Shown here: piece by piece, positions 40,232 to 53,924 of the stretch
Layout: the number at the start of each line of letters is the position of its first letter
Position numbering within the stretch: the stretch's first letter is position 1
NCBI RefSeq assembly: GCF_001194135.2
Contig: NC_068990.1
Coordinates: 31,118,476-31,182,358, forward strand
Length of the DNA stretch: 63,883 nt
Origin: Octopus bimaculoides
Taxonomy: Eukaryota
Reading direction: 5' to 3'
Notes under the pieces: generated by a model
Databases searched by the model: none
The model's input: the letters and a program-made list of their open reading frames with translations, nothing else
Told to the model about the DNA's origin: nothing
Position numbers and translations under genes: made by a program

Positions 40232-40480
40232 GTAAGAACTTTTTCTCCTCAGATCTTTTGAAAATATACATGAAATTCAAATATTTATAGATTTATTCTG
40301 ATTGAAGAAAAATACAAAATAGGAGCAAGCACATTATGTGGTTTTGTTTTTGAATTCACTACGTGGAAATTTGTCATTTCCCATTATTTACATTATTTAC
40401 ATTCGACGGATATTTCTATATTAAATATAAAACTGTATTGTCATTTCCCTTTCTCAATTTCTCTTTCTCTCTGTATGTGC

Positions 40481-40513
<33 letters not shown>

Positions 40514-40516
<3 letters not shown>

Positions 40517-40934
40517 TCATCATCATCATCATCATCGTTTAACGTCCGCTTTCCATGCTAGCATGGGTTGGACGATTTGACTGAGGACTGCTGAAACCGG
40601 ATGGCAACACCAGGCTCCAATCTAATTTGGCAGAGTTTCTACAGCTGGATGCCCTTCTTAACACCAACCACTCAGAGAGTGTAGTGGGTGCTTTTACGTG
40701 TCACCCGCACGAAAACGGCCACGCTTGAAATGGTGTCTTTTATGTGCCACCCGCACAAGCCAGTCCAGGGGCACTGGCAACGATCTCGCTCGAAAATCCT
40801 ACGAGAGCCAGTCAGGCGGTACTGGCAACGGCCACGCTCAAAATGGTGCATCTCATGTGCCACCCGCACAAGAACCAGTCCAGGGGCACTGGCAACGATC
40901 TTACTTGGCTTGCCCGGTCTTCTCACGCACAGCA
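40514..40934 (-). mobile_element. Family E retroposon with 5' subrepeats
   Basis: (CAT)n, GGATGCCCTTC and repeated GT(G)(C/T)CACCCGCAC...GGCA(A)CG units. Confidence 0.88.
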
Positions 40935-41026
40935 CATTTATATATATATATATTGGATAATCATTATCCTATGTCCATTTGTCATCAGAATTTATCTCAA
41001 AAATTCATACCATACATGCTTGTATT

Positions 41027-41247
41027 AAGGCAGCGAGCTGGCAGAGTCGTTAGCACACCATGTAAAATGCTTAGCGGTATTTTGTCTGTCATTACGTTCT
41101 GAGTTCAAATTCTGCCAAGGTCGACTTTGCCTTTCATCCTTTCAGGGTCGATAAATTAAGTACCAGTTGTGTACTGGGATCGATCTAATTGACTGGCCCC
41201 CTCCTCCAAAATTTCGGGCCTTGTGCCTAGAGTAGAAAAAAAAAAAA
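41027..41247 (+). mobile_element. SINE family A, full length, with 11-bp TSD
   Basis: CATGCTTGTAT occurs at 41015-41025 and 41252-41262, with a poly-A tail. Confidence 0.9.
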
Positions 41248-41949
41248 TTTCCATGCTTGTATGTGCTCTACAGCTTGCTTTGGGGCTGGCCAGGCTCCAG
41301 CTGTCTGTTGTGGCAGGGTTTCTGTGTGTTGGGTGCTTTTTATATACCAGTGGCACAGGTGTATTTACACAACACTGGCATGAGTGCATTTTATGTGGCA
41401 CTGGCACCTGCAAAAGACAAGCCTGTATGTATGGATGATAACGATTCACACATAAATTTACAAAACAAGAAAATGGAATGAACAAGCTTTAATCAGTAAT
41501 CACAACAATTGTTTCTGTGGATTGGTAACAGCTGTTAGTTGCTAATTTTTCCATATCATACTTTTACATAAATATTATATAAATAATATGATCCATCAGC
41601 AGCTGTGTATCCACATGTCATCAGGTGAGTGGCTTTGAGAGCACGGTTGGATGACATCCAGTTTTCCATTGTTTTATACCATATTCTATTTTTAGCATTT
41701 TATCTATACTATGTAACATATAGATTCATATAGACATGACATATGCCATAAGAATTAAAATTTTCCAACAGAATGTATACCTAATGACTTAGGATAGCCA
41801 ATGTAATAGATGAGTTCTGGCATCTTTTAACTGTTTTTATTGAAAAAGAAGTTTGTCACCTAACAAAACTGAATATATAGAAAGCTAGAGTTCATTAAAT
41901 ATATATATACTACCTTTAATTTACATTTGTAATTGTCTCGTTTATAACA

Positions 41950-42176
41950 TTGGTTTCAAATGTTGGCACAAGGCCAGCAATTTTGAGGTGGGGTGAGGGT
42001 AGGAGTTAAGTCAATTACATTGACCTTGGTGCTCAATTACTACTTATTTTATTGACTCCAAACAGATGAAAGGCAAAATTGACCCTGATGGCATTTGAAC
42101 TCTGAATGTAAAATTGGAAAAAATGCTGCTAAGCATTTTGTCCAGTGAAGATAACATTTTTGCCAGCTCACTGCCC
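41950..42176 (-). mobile_element. SINE family A
   Basis: TTGGCACAAGGCCAGC...GAAAGGCAAAATTGAC...GCCAGCTCACTGCC. Confidence 0.8.
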
Positions 42177-42435
42177 TTATCACATTTATAATATTAACCT
42201 TTCTTAATCTAGTCTGTATTAATTTAACTCATAGACTTCATTTTTATGCCCCAGACTATTCTGATGGCTTCAATTAAGTATATTTAAGTGAATTTACTTC
42301 TTTATTATCTGCTAGTTTACTTAATAACATACTGTTTTATTATCACACATTACCTAACAATTTTCTCTAGCTTCTCTCATTTTCATCTTTATCTAGAACT
42401 ATGTAGTTAATAAAGAATATTTTTCTTCTTTACAG

Positions 42436-42482
42436 TATGTTTTATCTGTCTTAAAATTTACTCATCCTACTATTTTCCAAGG
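42436..42482 (+). CDS. TMEM241: TMEM241 coding exon 2 (YVLSVLKFTHPTIFQG)
   Basis: ctttacag|...|gtaagt. Nearly identical to human YVLSVLKFTYPTLFQG; this is the diagnostic match. Confidence 0.95.
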
Positions 42483-43537
42483 GTAAGTATTTGCTACACC
42501 AGTTTATATTTACATATTTGGGTTTGATTATAATAAAAATAACTATTTCTAGCATTGCACAAGGTCAGAAATAATAGGTGGGTATTGATCTAAGGACTTA
42601 TTTGAGTAATTATTTTGTTGTATCTTGAAAGATGAAAATCAATATTAACTTTGGGAGGATTTCATCTCAAAATAAAAGAATGTAATTAAATACCATGATA
42701 CTTTGTTTCCAACAACACAGCTTGATGGAGATGATAATTCTCTTTGCACTTCAAATTTTCTCTCACTGACATCATCTATATGTGTTTTAAACACCTTATA
42801 TCCGATCTAAGCTATTTGAATGAACACAGATCTTGAAAAAATAGTTCAGTGGGAACATGACAGCCACGTCTCTTTCAGTAGTGGAAAAAAAGAGAAAGAA
42901 CCCCCAGAAATTCCAATCTCTGTATATCAAAGAGACAGCCCATCTTGATATTACCCTCTCTACACAAGAATGCTTTGTAATTAAAACCCCTCTAAGTCAC
43001 ATCAAATAATTTTTGAAGATCTATCATGATTACCTCCCATGCATTATATTATCAAAACTGCATTGTAAAGACAAAAATTCTTTAGAATCAGAAAATATTG
43101 TAAAAGCTTCAGGCACTGCCCCACCTCTGGCTAATTAAAAAAAAAACATCTAATGAACAAGATTAATATGTTCATGAAGAATTGTGCTTTTAAACTGTAA
43201 ATGTATCGCTTGTTTTATGGCAATGTCTAAGATGTAGTGGAAAGAGTATTATTAAGATGTGATACCAGATGTGTAGTATGTGAAGTAGTAAAGAAGGTCA
43301 TAAATGTGAAGACTAAAGACCAAAGTTGAATGGACAGAACCTTATAGTACTCTATGAAAAACATTATAGATCTTAGAGGTTTTATAGTCTACATGTAGGC
43401 TGGATATCCTCACAAACAGTTAGCCACCTACAGTATGGTGTTGTATATTTTAAAAGTTTTGTGTTTAAAATGTGTTGTGTTTAACAATTTCTAAATATCT
43501 GTTGAGTATAGGCCAGTATCCATATTTATTTCATTAG

Positions 43538-43618
43538 ATGGCAGTGTTTTGTGGGAGTAATTTTTATCAAGCTGAACATGATGACTGGGAATATAAATTT
43601 GCTGTGGGATGGAAACAA
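43538..43618 (+). CDS. TMEM241: TMEM241 coding exon 3 (WQCFVGVIFIKLNMMTGNINLLWDGN)
   Basis: ttcattag|...|gtaagt, phase 2 in and phase 2 out. Aligns with human WQTLIGG. Confidence 0.9.
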
Positions 43619-44129
43619 GTAAGTGAACTTTTTTTTTCATTTTTATTTGACATAATAGTAAATACACAGATATGTTGACTAAATTTCTCTTTAAGTTGTT
43701 TTATGTATAATACATTGATCTCTGATACCATTTATAAAGATACGCACACACACACACATGAAGACAGATATAAGTTTATATATGTATACGCATATATGTG
43801 TGTGTGCATATGATAGATAAAAATATGTCAAAGGGTATTTAAGTGATGCAGACAATTAGTGCTCAAACCAGACCAAATACCTAACTATTACTGTATATAG
43901 ATATAGTGTAGGGCACTATCCAAGGACTGATAACAGATGAACTGTAGACAGGAACTTCACTGGCTAGCTGGTGAGTTGGTCTGCAGTGAAGGGACTTCAG
44001 GTTAGGTAGGATTTTTGTCAGAGACTTTAGATGTCTGATTGCATTCTCCCTCATGGTGTACAACCGAATGAAATAAAATAAATATTATGCCAATACACTC
44101 TTGTTCCCAGTTGATTATTTTGTGTATAG

Positions 44130-46110
44130 CTTAATGAAACTATACTAGCATGAGTTGGATGATTCAACATGAACTGATAAACCAGAGAGCTGTGCAATGC
44201 TCCAATATCTGCTTTGGCATAGTTTCTACTGCTGGATGTTCTTCCTAATGCCAACCACTTCACAGTGTGTACTGGGTACATTTTTTCAGGTAGCAACACT
44301 AGTGAGATCATTGAGTACCTATGAGACTAGACCCCATTCTCAACTGAGTATGGTATAGTATTTGAGGGATATGAAAATATGATAGAGGGAGAGGGACAGG
44401 AGCAGGTACCTTGCTGAAGACATGAATACATAGCTTCTCCATCTGGAAAGAGAGAGAGAAGTGTGGTCAAGGTACAAGGTGAACATGAAAGAGAGAATAG
44501 GATAAAGGGACAGAAAGAGTGGGTGGGTAGGTAAGTGTTCAAGAGTCAAAACAATGAAATGAATCATTAGAGATGGGGATTGAGTTAGATGCAGTGAATA
44601 TCACATATGAGAGATGTGAAGGAAGAAAATAAGTGGTCGACAAGGAAGGCGATGATAATGGACAGTAGTAGGGATTCAATGTAAAGTGCAAGGGAATAAG
44701 AGGTATCATTTATAGCACCTGAATGAGTAGTACCACAGAAGATTGATAAAGAAATAGGTTTTAGAAGATGAGTTGTGGGGAAAGGCTGGATAAAACTCAG
44801 TTTTGCTGAGATGGTCAGATTTTTCCAAGCAGAGCATATCACCATTTATCACAGTTCCCCATCAACTCTTCCAAGAAGTTGAACATCTTGAGGTCGGTTT
44901 TCACCACTTCATTGCACATCTTCTTGGGTCTCCCTTTTCCAAAGACTCCTTCCATGTTTAATGATCTTATAAGCATTTCTTTATACAGCTGCTCTCATGT
45001 ATCCACATCCTATGACCATACTAGCACAGTTTTCTCTCCTATGCACCAAATCTGATTCCGCTTGTGCCCAATTTTTCTCTCAAAACATCTGTATTATGTC
45101 ATACATGAACACTGACATTGCATAATTATCAGAGCATGCTAGCTTTATTTCTTTCTTGTCTTTGCATGTCCTCTACATTCATAACCCATGTTTCCCAGCC
45201 ATCTAGCATTACTTTTTGTACATAAGCATCATACGATTTGCCTTTCACTCTGAAAGAGAGAACTTTTGTTTTACCAACAGAGATATTAGTTCTCTGAAAT
45301 TTCTCCAGCTAGTTCTTTTTCTAGCAACTATACTTTGAGAGCATTCTCCTCTACTGCTAATTATGTCATTTAGATAAAAGAAACTATCTACTACATCTAG
45401 GTACCCTCTTAGGCATTCCAGAAAATCTATTTTCCATGTGTTCTTAGTGTTTTCTACAACTATGCATCTGCCACAAACAAAGTCTACTTCCTCTGTTAAC
45501 CTTCCTGTAATTCCACTGCACTTCTTGTGTATCCATAGATTACACCATGTAGAATTTCTACCAATACTTCTACATATCAAATAGAGCCGTTGACCTGAAG
45601 GGATTTATCTCATATCTATTTTCCTGCTAACTAGTACTTTGGTCTTTGCTAAGTTAACATTAGGACCCTTTGACTCTAAGTTTTGCTTCAACACCTGAAA
45701 TTTCATTTCCATTTCTGCTAGAGTTTCAGCTGCAAGAACAAAGTCGTCAGCAAAGAGGAGTTCCTATGGGTAACCATTCTTAAATTCCTCTGTTATAGCT
45801 TGGAGTACTGTGATAAATAGGAGGGGCCTGGTAACTGAGCCCTGATGAACTATCTACACACTAAATTCATCACTGTACTTATTGTTAACTCTCACATTAT
45901 TGACAATGTCCTTGTACATGGGTTGAACTGCTCTATCTTGCTATTCATCAACTCCTAGCTTCTGCAATGACTACCAGATAAGGGAGCAAGGTACCATGTC
46001 AAAAGCTGTCTCCAAGTTGGTGAATGCCAAGAATTGGTCAAGGGTTAATCTTGCCATTACTACATCAGTTTCAATGCTTTTCCTGTGTGCCTCTTCAAAG
46101 TTTCTAACTA
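44130..46110 (-). mobile_element. RTE LINE 3' half (RT, Cys-rich insert, family E-like tail)
   Basis: Decayed RT (LLFADDFVL), WCNLWIHKKCSGITG...FVCGRC, LDVVDSFFYL and ARKRTSWRNFREL. The tail at ~44130-44310 has GGATGTTCTTCCTAATGCCAACCAC. Confidence 0.8.
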
Positions 46111-46868
46111 GGTTTCCCTATAATCTGTTATTATTTTTTAATTTTCTGTAGCTATTTCCTTACTAAACTTTATTGATTCTACTTTAATTGCCTTTTTTAA
46201 GTGTACATGTACTACCTTTTGTTCATGATTGCTCTCCTCAGTGCTTGCTTAACTCTTTTGTTAATATTGTTTCTGTAAGCTTAGAGCACTGAGAGTGACA
46301 CATTCAGCTTTCAGCTACTGGGTCCTTGCCTACAGATCCTGTCTAGGTTGACTACACAGATCACAGATTGGTGACCTGTGTAGCTAGTAATTTTGAATTG
46401 TGGACAACCTATGCTATCCCTATCTACTGGTCTACAGAATACTCTATCTAGATATGATCTAGATGACCAAGCAGTTTGTCCGTATTCAACATTGGAATAT
46501 TTGAGAAATCTATTCAGTACTTTTCAGACAGACAAAAGCATCTGAACAAGTTTGTGAGACTTTTACATTCCCCATTTTCTATCCTTTAGCTTCACAAATC
46601 CAAGATACCTTTCCTATGTACCACTGACTCTAGGGTACACTCTAAATTCCTAAAGAAATCGGGTTGCCCAGCTTGTTGGGCTGTAATATCATAACCTTCA
46701 TTTTTGGACTTAGCATTCATACGCACATACATGCTGGCTGTTAACTTGTGACTGAGGAAGACCATCAATGACCATTAAGAACATGTATATACATGTAGAC
46801 ATATATGCACACACAAACTTTTATTTTCATAATTTATAACGCACATATATATATATTTCTTTTTTCAG

Positions 46869-46950
46869 AAAATTCTTTTTATATTGGTTGCCTGAGTTCA
46901 TGCTATTTGTTATTTCAATTTATTCAGGCTCAAAAGCATTAGCAAATATT
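46869..46950 (+). CDS. TMEM241: TMEM241 coding exon 4 (KFFLYWLPEFMLFVISIYSGSKALANI)
   Basis: ttttttcag|...|gtaagt. Aligns with human WLPASVLFVGIIYAGSRALSRL. Confidence 0.93.
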
Positions 46951-47845
46951 GTAAGTAATATAATCCCATTCTCTTTTGAATCAATTTTTGATTTTGTTTT
47001 CTAAAATAGCATGTTGATTTCAGACATAATTTGCCATTACATGCCATGTAATACAATATAGACCAAAGATGAATCAATGAAGAAGTGACAATGTGGTCAC
47101 TCACTTGCCAGAAATAGTAACCATATCTTTTTCAAATTACTCTATCATCTTTAAAAGGAAAGGGTGATTTGGATAAGATAGTTCTAAGTTTACAAAAAAG
47201 ACAGGATGGTCATGACAGGAATGTCTTTAGTCATAAGTTTGCTTGACTATGTTAATCTGGAGTTAAACAGTAGCCACAGAGCCTAAAGGAAGTTTACAAA
47301 ATATTGGAGCTTGTGATAGTTTGCTTCATAATTAGCTTGGATTTAACTGATAGATAACCAACAGCTGACTTTTACTGTCAGAATAAACCATAGTCAGTGT
47401 AATGGAATGATTTTGAGACTTTCTCATATAGCTTGTATATTAGCTGGTAAGGAGACCAAAGTGGTAATAAAAGACTATGGGATATTGCATTATTTGATGG
47501 AACCATCTCTTGAAACCCTAACAGTGAGCTTCTGTTAGGATACCTCAAACTAAAATTCAGCCAGGTACTCTCTTGAAAATGAGCTTCATATTCTTTTATG
47601 TTTGTATTTATTTTTAAAAGTAACTTTATAATATGCTTATGTGATATCTTTTTATCTACTATACCCTGAATTATTTATTGTTTGAAAATATCCCTCTTAA
47701 TGCAATAATTAGTTATGTTCTCATTAAACATTTACAGTTAACAGTTTGATTTTTCTTTTCGTCTTCATGTTTTAACTCAGTTTTCTTTGATGTGCTACTG
47801 TGTTTTTCTAGTGTTGCAAAATATATTAATTTTATCATCTTTTAG

Positions 47846-47929
47846 TCTATTCCAGCATTCTTAGCAGTCCTCAATAGCTGTGCTCTGATAAATCATATAA
47901 GTATATGTATTCTTCATTGGAATTTCAAG
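47846..47929 (+). CDS. TMEM241: TMEM241 coding exon 5 (SIPAFLAVLNSCALINHISICILHWNFK)
   Basis: tcttttag|...|gtagga. Aligns with human AIPVFLTLHN. Confidence 0.88.
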
Positions 47930-48838
47930 GTAGGAGTATTTAATCCATTTACCATGATAATATATAAATGGTGCATATTTTATGTGGAATATTTAATTTC
48001 AATATAAAGAGGGGTTAACTGTTTACTTAAAGTTTCTATATCTGAAAAGTATAAAAAATAACAATCCATTTCTACAGAGCAGTTTTCAAGTAAATCATGC
48101 TTTGCCTTACAAAATATTTACTGAATGAAATTTTAATGGTTATTTCCTTTGGTGGTGAAATACCATTTTGTTAAATTCTGAGGATTTGTGAGTTTAATAA
48201 TCAGTTACTAGAATAATCTGTCCAGTGATTGCATTCACTCAAAAGGAAATCAAAAACAGTCAAAATCACAATATGTTTATATCAAATATATTGCAATTAA
48301 AGTTATTTTACATGGCATAACAATACAGAATTTAAAATTATTTCCAGAACATACTTTACAATAATATAATACCGAAGCCTAAGTATCTGAAGAGAAATGT
48401 AACTAACTCCCTGAAAAGAAAATAATACTGAAAAGAAGAGGAAATGTATACTGGTGTTGTTTCTTATGGTTCAAAATGTGCAATCTGCCCACTGTTCTTC
48501 AGAGAGTCATTGAGGCTTGAGTTCTCAAACTGCTGAATTTATCTCAGTGGTTACTAAAATATATATAATAAATATACACATATTGATTCGGTTGATTATA
48601 GCCTCATATGTAAAGGACTATGTTAGAACAATTAATATTTTATATTTAATATGGAAGTCTAGTATGCTTTTGTTGTAGAACACAACTATGATACCTAAGT
48701 AGGGGCTTATAAAAACAAAAATGAAAATTTGATACTATGAGTTAGAAAAGAATGCTTTATATTCAGGTTAAGTAAATTAATTTGAGGAGGTATTTTCACC
48801 AGCAATCAGATATATCAGACTGAAATATAAAACTAACT

Positions 48839-48937
48839 GAAACTTTAAACTGAAATCTATTGAATAAATTTGCCATAATATGAAGCAAAACCTAGTATTA
48901 TGGCAAATTTATTCAATGGTTTTCAGTTAAAAGTTTC
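48839..48937. repeat. Intronic inverted repeat (42-bp arms, 15-nt loop)
   Basis: 48839-48880 pairs with 48896-48937 at 39/42 positions. Confidence 0.95.
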
Positions 48938-49050
48938 AACACCTTAAACCTAGCATCTTTTCAGATTTTTACTCTCAAATCCTGAAAGCAACAATTCAAT
49001 TTTTAAAAGCTAATTGAATCAAGTTTAAATTTAAGTCTCTGATTTTATAG

Positions 49051-49128
49051 ATATATGAGGCCAAAGACTGGATTTTTCATTTTGTAATTGGAGCCTCTGC
49101 AGTTGGAGTTGTCTACAGTGATCCTATG
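49051..49128 (+). CDS. TMEM241: TMEM241 coding exon 6 (IYEAKDWIFHFVIGASAVGVVYSDPM)
   Basis: gattttatag|...|gtaaat. 26 codons, phase 0/0, the same length as the corresponding human segment ending ...PFNDSQ. Confidence 0.8.
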
Positions 49129-49735
49129 GTAAATTATTTTTAATAATTATTACTAATCTGTCTATCAGTCTGTCTGTCCTGCCATCTGTTTATTTATATC
49201 TGTCCCATAGAACCCGACCATGCATGTCACATACACTGAGTAGCCAGTGAGTGGCTTATATACAATTGATTATATACAAATAAGCAAAAACTCTACTACA
49301 TACATTGAGTACTCTCTATTTTGTTTCCAACTCTAAACGTATATATGTGTCGTGTGTATGTGCAATTATCACAAAATGTTAAGACAAGGTGACATAAACA
49401 TACAAATACTCACATATGCACACACACACACACACACACACACATGTATAAATCACTTGTGATGTTGTAGAACTTAACCCAAAATTATGTGGTTGGTGAT
49501 CAAACTTCTTATCCACACAGCCATGCATAAATTTATATATGCGTGTTGGTGTGTGTTTGTGTATGTGCCTGTAGAAAAACTTCATACAGGCGTCTTAGTT
49601 TATGTCAGACAAATGAAGGAAGAATGATCAATATATGAGTTGTGGAGACATGTTCTTATTTGTATTGAAATTGAAGCTGAGTTTGTTTTGCAAATTGTGT
49701 TTCACAACGCTATTATCTTCAGACCAAAAGATCTT

Positions 49736-49808
49736 NNNNNNNNNNNNNNNNNNNNNNNNNNNNNNNNNNNNNNNNNNNNNNNNNNNNNNNNNNNNNNNNN
49801 NNNNNNNN
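49736..49808. other. Assembly gap (N run)
   Basis: Run of N. Confidence 1.
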
Positions 49809-50954
49809 GTGGGTAGTTAAGAATGGAAACGGAAGCGAGTATGGGAAATGTATATGTATGTGGAAGTGGGTATGTAGGGGAAGTAGTATGTGTTGTTTTT
49901 TTAGGGTATATGTAGAAGTATGCAAGTACAGAAGTATATTGGTGTAGGTTAGAGGTGTTTGTGTGTGTGTGTACTCATTAAATGTGTGTGAAGAAAGCAT
50001 CAATGTGGGGAGGTGGGACTAAAGCAAATGGAAAGGCAAGAGGAATGCAAAGGGTCTGAGTGTGATAGATGTGTGTGCAAGTGTATGAGTGTGAGCTGCT
50101 TTTACACAAAAGGAAGGTTTTAACTAAAATAGGTAAAAGTTCTATGGGGGAAAAAAGTCAAAGAAAAATTACTTAAAAATTTACAAAATGCTAGTTAAAA
50201 TGTCTGGGGAGGATGGGTGAAGTGTCCACAGAATGGAGAAGAATTAGTAAAAAAAGTTGTAGGTGAGGTAAATGGAAACAGAAGTGGAATGATAGCTGTG
50301 TGTACAGGTATGAGTATGAAATATATTTTTTCAAAACACTTTGAAACCAATGCTTTTACTACTGATGAAATTCAAGGTTGCAGGTACTTACACAAAAGAT
50401 ACTTAGCTCCATGCATACAAGGCACTAATGACTCTATTCTATTGTGCAGAGCATTAATACCTTCCCTCCAATGAAGGTCCTAGCATACTTTAATTTGAAA
50501 CTACCTTTCCTGGATGGTTGTGCCTTATTTACAATCAACCAAGTAAATATGAATTTATGAAGACTTGTCGTCTCATAAAAGAACCATATAAGTTTCAATA
50601 GAGCCATAGTGCATTCTTATCAAGATTGATAAATGAATGTTTGTGTTTATAAAATTGGTTTTTGAATGTCTATTTAGTTGCCCCAATATATGTTTTAAGC
50701 TCATCTTTGTTGTTTATGTCTATACTGGGTTGTACCATAAAATGTTCCTTTTCCTATTGCTGTTCTTATGTTTTTCATTCTCAGTGTTTTTCATGTAACC
50801 AATGTTATTAGTGAACCCACTGTTTCTTAGTGCCTCATTAAATGAATGTATGTTTATATGTATATGCATATATCTATTTTGCTAATTTTTTCAGGGATTT
50901 TTTATATAATTAAATCTCATTTAATTCCTTGTCTTTCTTGTCTTTGTTTTGCAG

Positions 50955-51003
50955 TATGAAATAGAGAGTTATTTCTGGTTATATGTACACATTATTTCCT
51001 TCA
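50955..51003 (+). CDS. TMEM241: TMEM241 coding exon 7 (YEIESYFWLYVHIISF)
   Basis: gttttgcag|...|gtgagt. Aligns with human FNPDGYFWAIIHLLCV. Confidence 0.9.
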
Positions 51004-51511
51004 GTGAGTTACTTATTTTACCATTTTTCACATTTTTTTCTCTTCTTGGAGTAATTTTTGTTCAGTAGCAATATAAATTAGTTATTTTAGTACTTGTACA
51101 TAGTGAACCATCAAATTTATGGAATAATATTTATTATTAGATGTTACTGTATCTCCTGAAAGTTATGATTAGATGTACCGTATCTCCTGAAACTCAATGT
51201 TTAACAGATGCTTAAATTCAGTTGCAGAACTGTTTTAATAATATTTAGAAATACCCAATTCTTTAAACCATTAGTATATGCCGGCTGTTTTGTTACTCTA
51301 TAGCATCTATACAAAGAAAACTGCTTATTAATTAATTTGGAGTGCTGTGCTATGTGACTGAACCAGAAGCCACATGGCTGCAAAGAAAGCTTTGGTTTCA
51401 TTGTAAAACAATAGGTTATTGTTTTATTAATTTGAAATATCATGATAAAGTTATTTGAACGTTAATTAATTTAATTACACCATTTTGAAAAGAAATTATT
51501 TTTTCTTCCAG

Positions 51512-51560
51512 GTGCTATTGTGGTATTTATTGAATTCAATAAAGATATCATAGAAGCAAG
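51512..51560 (+). CDS. TMEM241: TMEM241 coding exon 8 (SAIVVFIEFNKDIIEA)
   Basis: ttcttccag|...|gtattt. Phase 1 in and phase 2 out fit the neighbouring exons; length matches human GAYKILQKSQKPSAL. Confidence 0.8.
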
Positions 51561-53787
51561 GTATTTATTTACATATCTTTTACTAGAGCTTTCCTGTTGA
51601 AAAATATATCAGTTTGACAGAAAAATACATTTTTTTAACAAAAATTCTTGTCCCCAAATGACTAGCCAAGATAACACTATAATAGTAAATAAATCTTTAT
51701 TGAACAATGTAATTTTAAATCAGATCTTGAGTTTTATTTTTTATTTCTAAAGTTTCAATTGATATTTAAAATCCATAAAACTGAGATGTTTAAATAGACT
51801 GAAATTGAAACTTGGAGACACTCAAATTCTAATGTCCTGTCTTATTAAATTTTGAACAAAGAAACTTAGCATATACAAGGAAGGATAATGAGCTATGTTT
51901 CCATTTGTCCTTTGTGCTCTCTCCAAAATCTTTTATACCTCAAATACAATGATAATCCTTTTGCAATACCCAGCTCTGCTGTTAATCATCCCCATTTAAA
52001 GTCCATTTTCTATACTGGTATGCTTAGACAGTTTAATAGGAACTGGTAATGACTGTGCCAAGCTCTACTGTCTGCTTAGGCATGATTTCTACAGTTGGAT
52101 GTCCTTTCTAATTCTAACCACTTTACACATTGTTGTAAGTGAAAAATTTAGTAAGCTGTTAAATAATTGAAAAACTTATCACAGTAGACTTTGAAGTTCA
52201 TTGGTTTACTCTTACTTTATATGTAAAATGTTCATTAAAGAAATTGTACAGATTCTTAGAGTTATCTCTAAAAAAGACCATATTTTTTGTATTATCATCT
52301 ATCACCCATCTCAGTGAAAAGCTTTCTTACACAGCCTTTAATTCTTAAAACGGAAAATAGTTTTTGTTATGGCAGTGATTTAAGATCATTGCAATGTTTA
52401 TGCCATTTCAAAATATGTTTGACTGCTTCTTATGATCTATCTGAAAACTTTTCTCCTCTCTTATGCTACATTTCCTTCTTATCAACCCTCACTGATTACT
52501 GTTTGATTGTCTTTTAGTTCTGCCTGCCACCTGTTATTAATAACCACTTCTAAAAATATTTTCTCAACTAATTTTGTAATTTCATATCATTATATTTTTT
52601 TTTGTTTTGTTATCTGTACAGACATTCTTGTTTGTTGATTTAATATGTTATTTAAGCACACTTTATTTAATCGATTACGGTCAGTTCATATCTGCAGTAA
52701 AATCAAATAATTTTCTTATATCTATTATGCTTATTTGTTTACATATATTCAAAAAGCTTTTATAATCACTCTTATGCGACACTTCAACTCAGCTCTTACA
52801 ATGTAATTGCTCTCCAAAATCAAATCCGTGCCTTGGTTATCATTCAGCTACCTACTATCTGCATGTACTTCTTGTATATCAAATGTGAAAAATATTGTAT
52901 TCCCAAATTGATTTTGTTTCCAAATTATTTGTACTGCTAATTTTACACTAGAACATCCTTATACATATTAGCAACTGATTCCTGATTGGTAGTTGAAACA
53001 AATGGTTGAGTGAAAATATGTTTCACAGAGAAAAACCTTTGATTGCCTAATTGTGAATAACTCTTTGGATAAAACTAAATTTAGCTTATTCTGTATATAA
53101 CATGCCTCAATCTATATACTCTTTTGGAGTACCTGATTATGACTCTCATATATCTGTAGTCTGTTTCTGGCACAAATCTCATTATCTGGTAATTTGCAAT
53201 TAACTTCTGGCAACATAAATGTTATTGTTCTATTATTTTAATCAATCAAGTTCTATCTTGCATATTTTATTCCAATATTTCTGTTCAAAATATAATGGCT
53301 TTTGTAGAGGGAATTTTTGTTAGTGTATTTTTTAATGTCTATCTTAGTTAATATTAGTAATGACAATGCTGTCAACAATACTGAAACATCGTTCATAGTG
53401 TGCAGCTACTGATGTGTTTATTCATTGAAAGCTACTGTGATAGTATTGTTCAATTGTGCACAGTTTTAAGGGTATGATATCCTAGATTTAGGAAACAAAT
53501 TTCTGGGTTAGTGAAAGGTAAAAAATTGAAGATAGGAAAATCCTACTGCAAGGATTGTTCTTAATGTTGTCTGTTTTGTGAAAGTTATTGTGGTGAAAAA
53601 TAGTTACCAGTTATATCTAGTCTTAGGAAGAGGTGAGTGACCTCCAGTTCTGTCTTAAATTCAGCTCTTTATCTTGATATGGAGTAAAAGTAGAGAAATA
53701 AAAAATCTAAGTACTCAATTTTAAAACTAAAACTTTTCCAAGAATACTTTTATTTATTTATCAAACTACTTCTATTTTTTTTTTCAG

Positions 53788-53823
53788 TAAAATTGAATTA
53801 CTTTACTATAATTATATATTCAG
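53788..53823 (+). CDS. TMEM241: TMEM241 coding exon 9, 36 nt (SKIELLYYNYIF)
   Basis: ttttttcag|...|gtaagt. Aligns with human SDIDQQYLNYIF. Confidence 0.9.
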
Positions 53824-53924
53824 GTAAGTTTTGGTAATTCTCATAAATATATATAAAAATTTTACAGGATTCTTAGGCACTTGGCCTCTTATATGCAAAA
53901 TGAATGCAATATAGCTTTTTCTTT

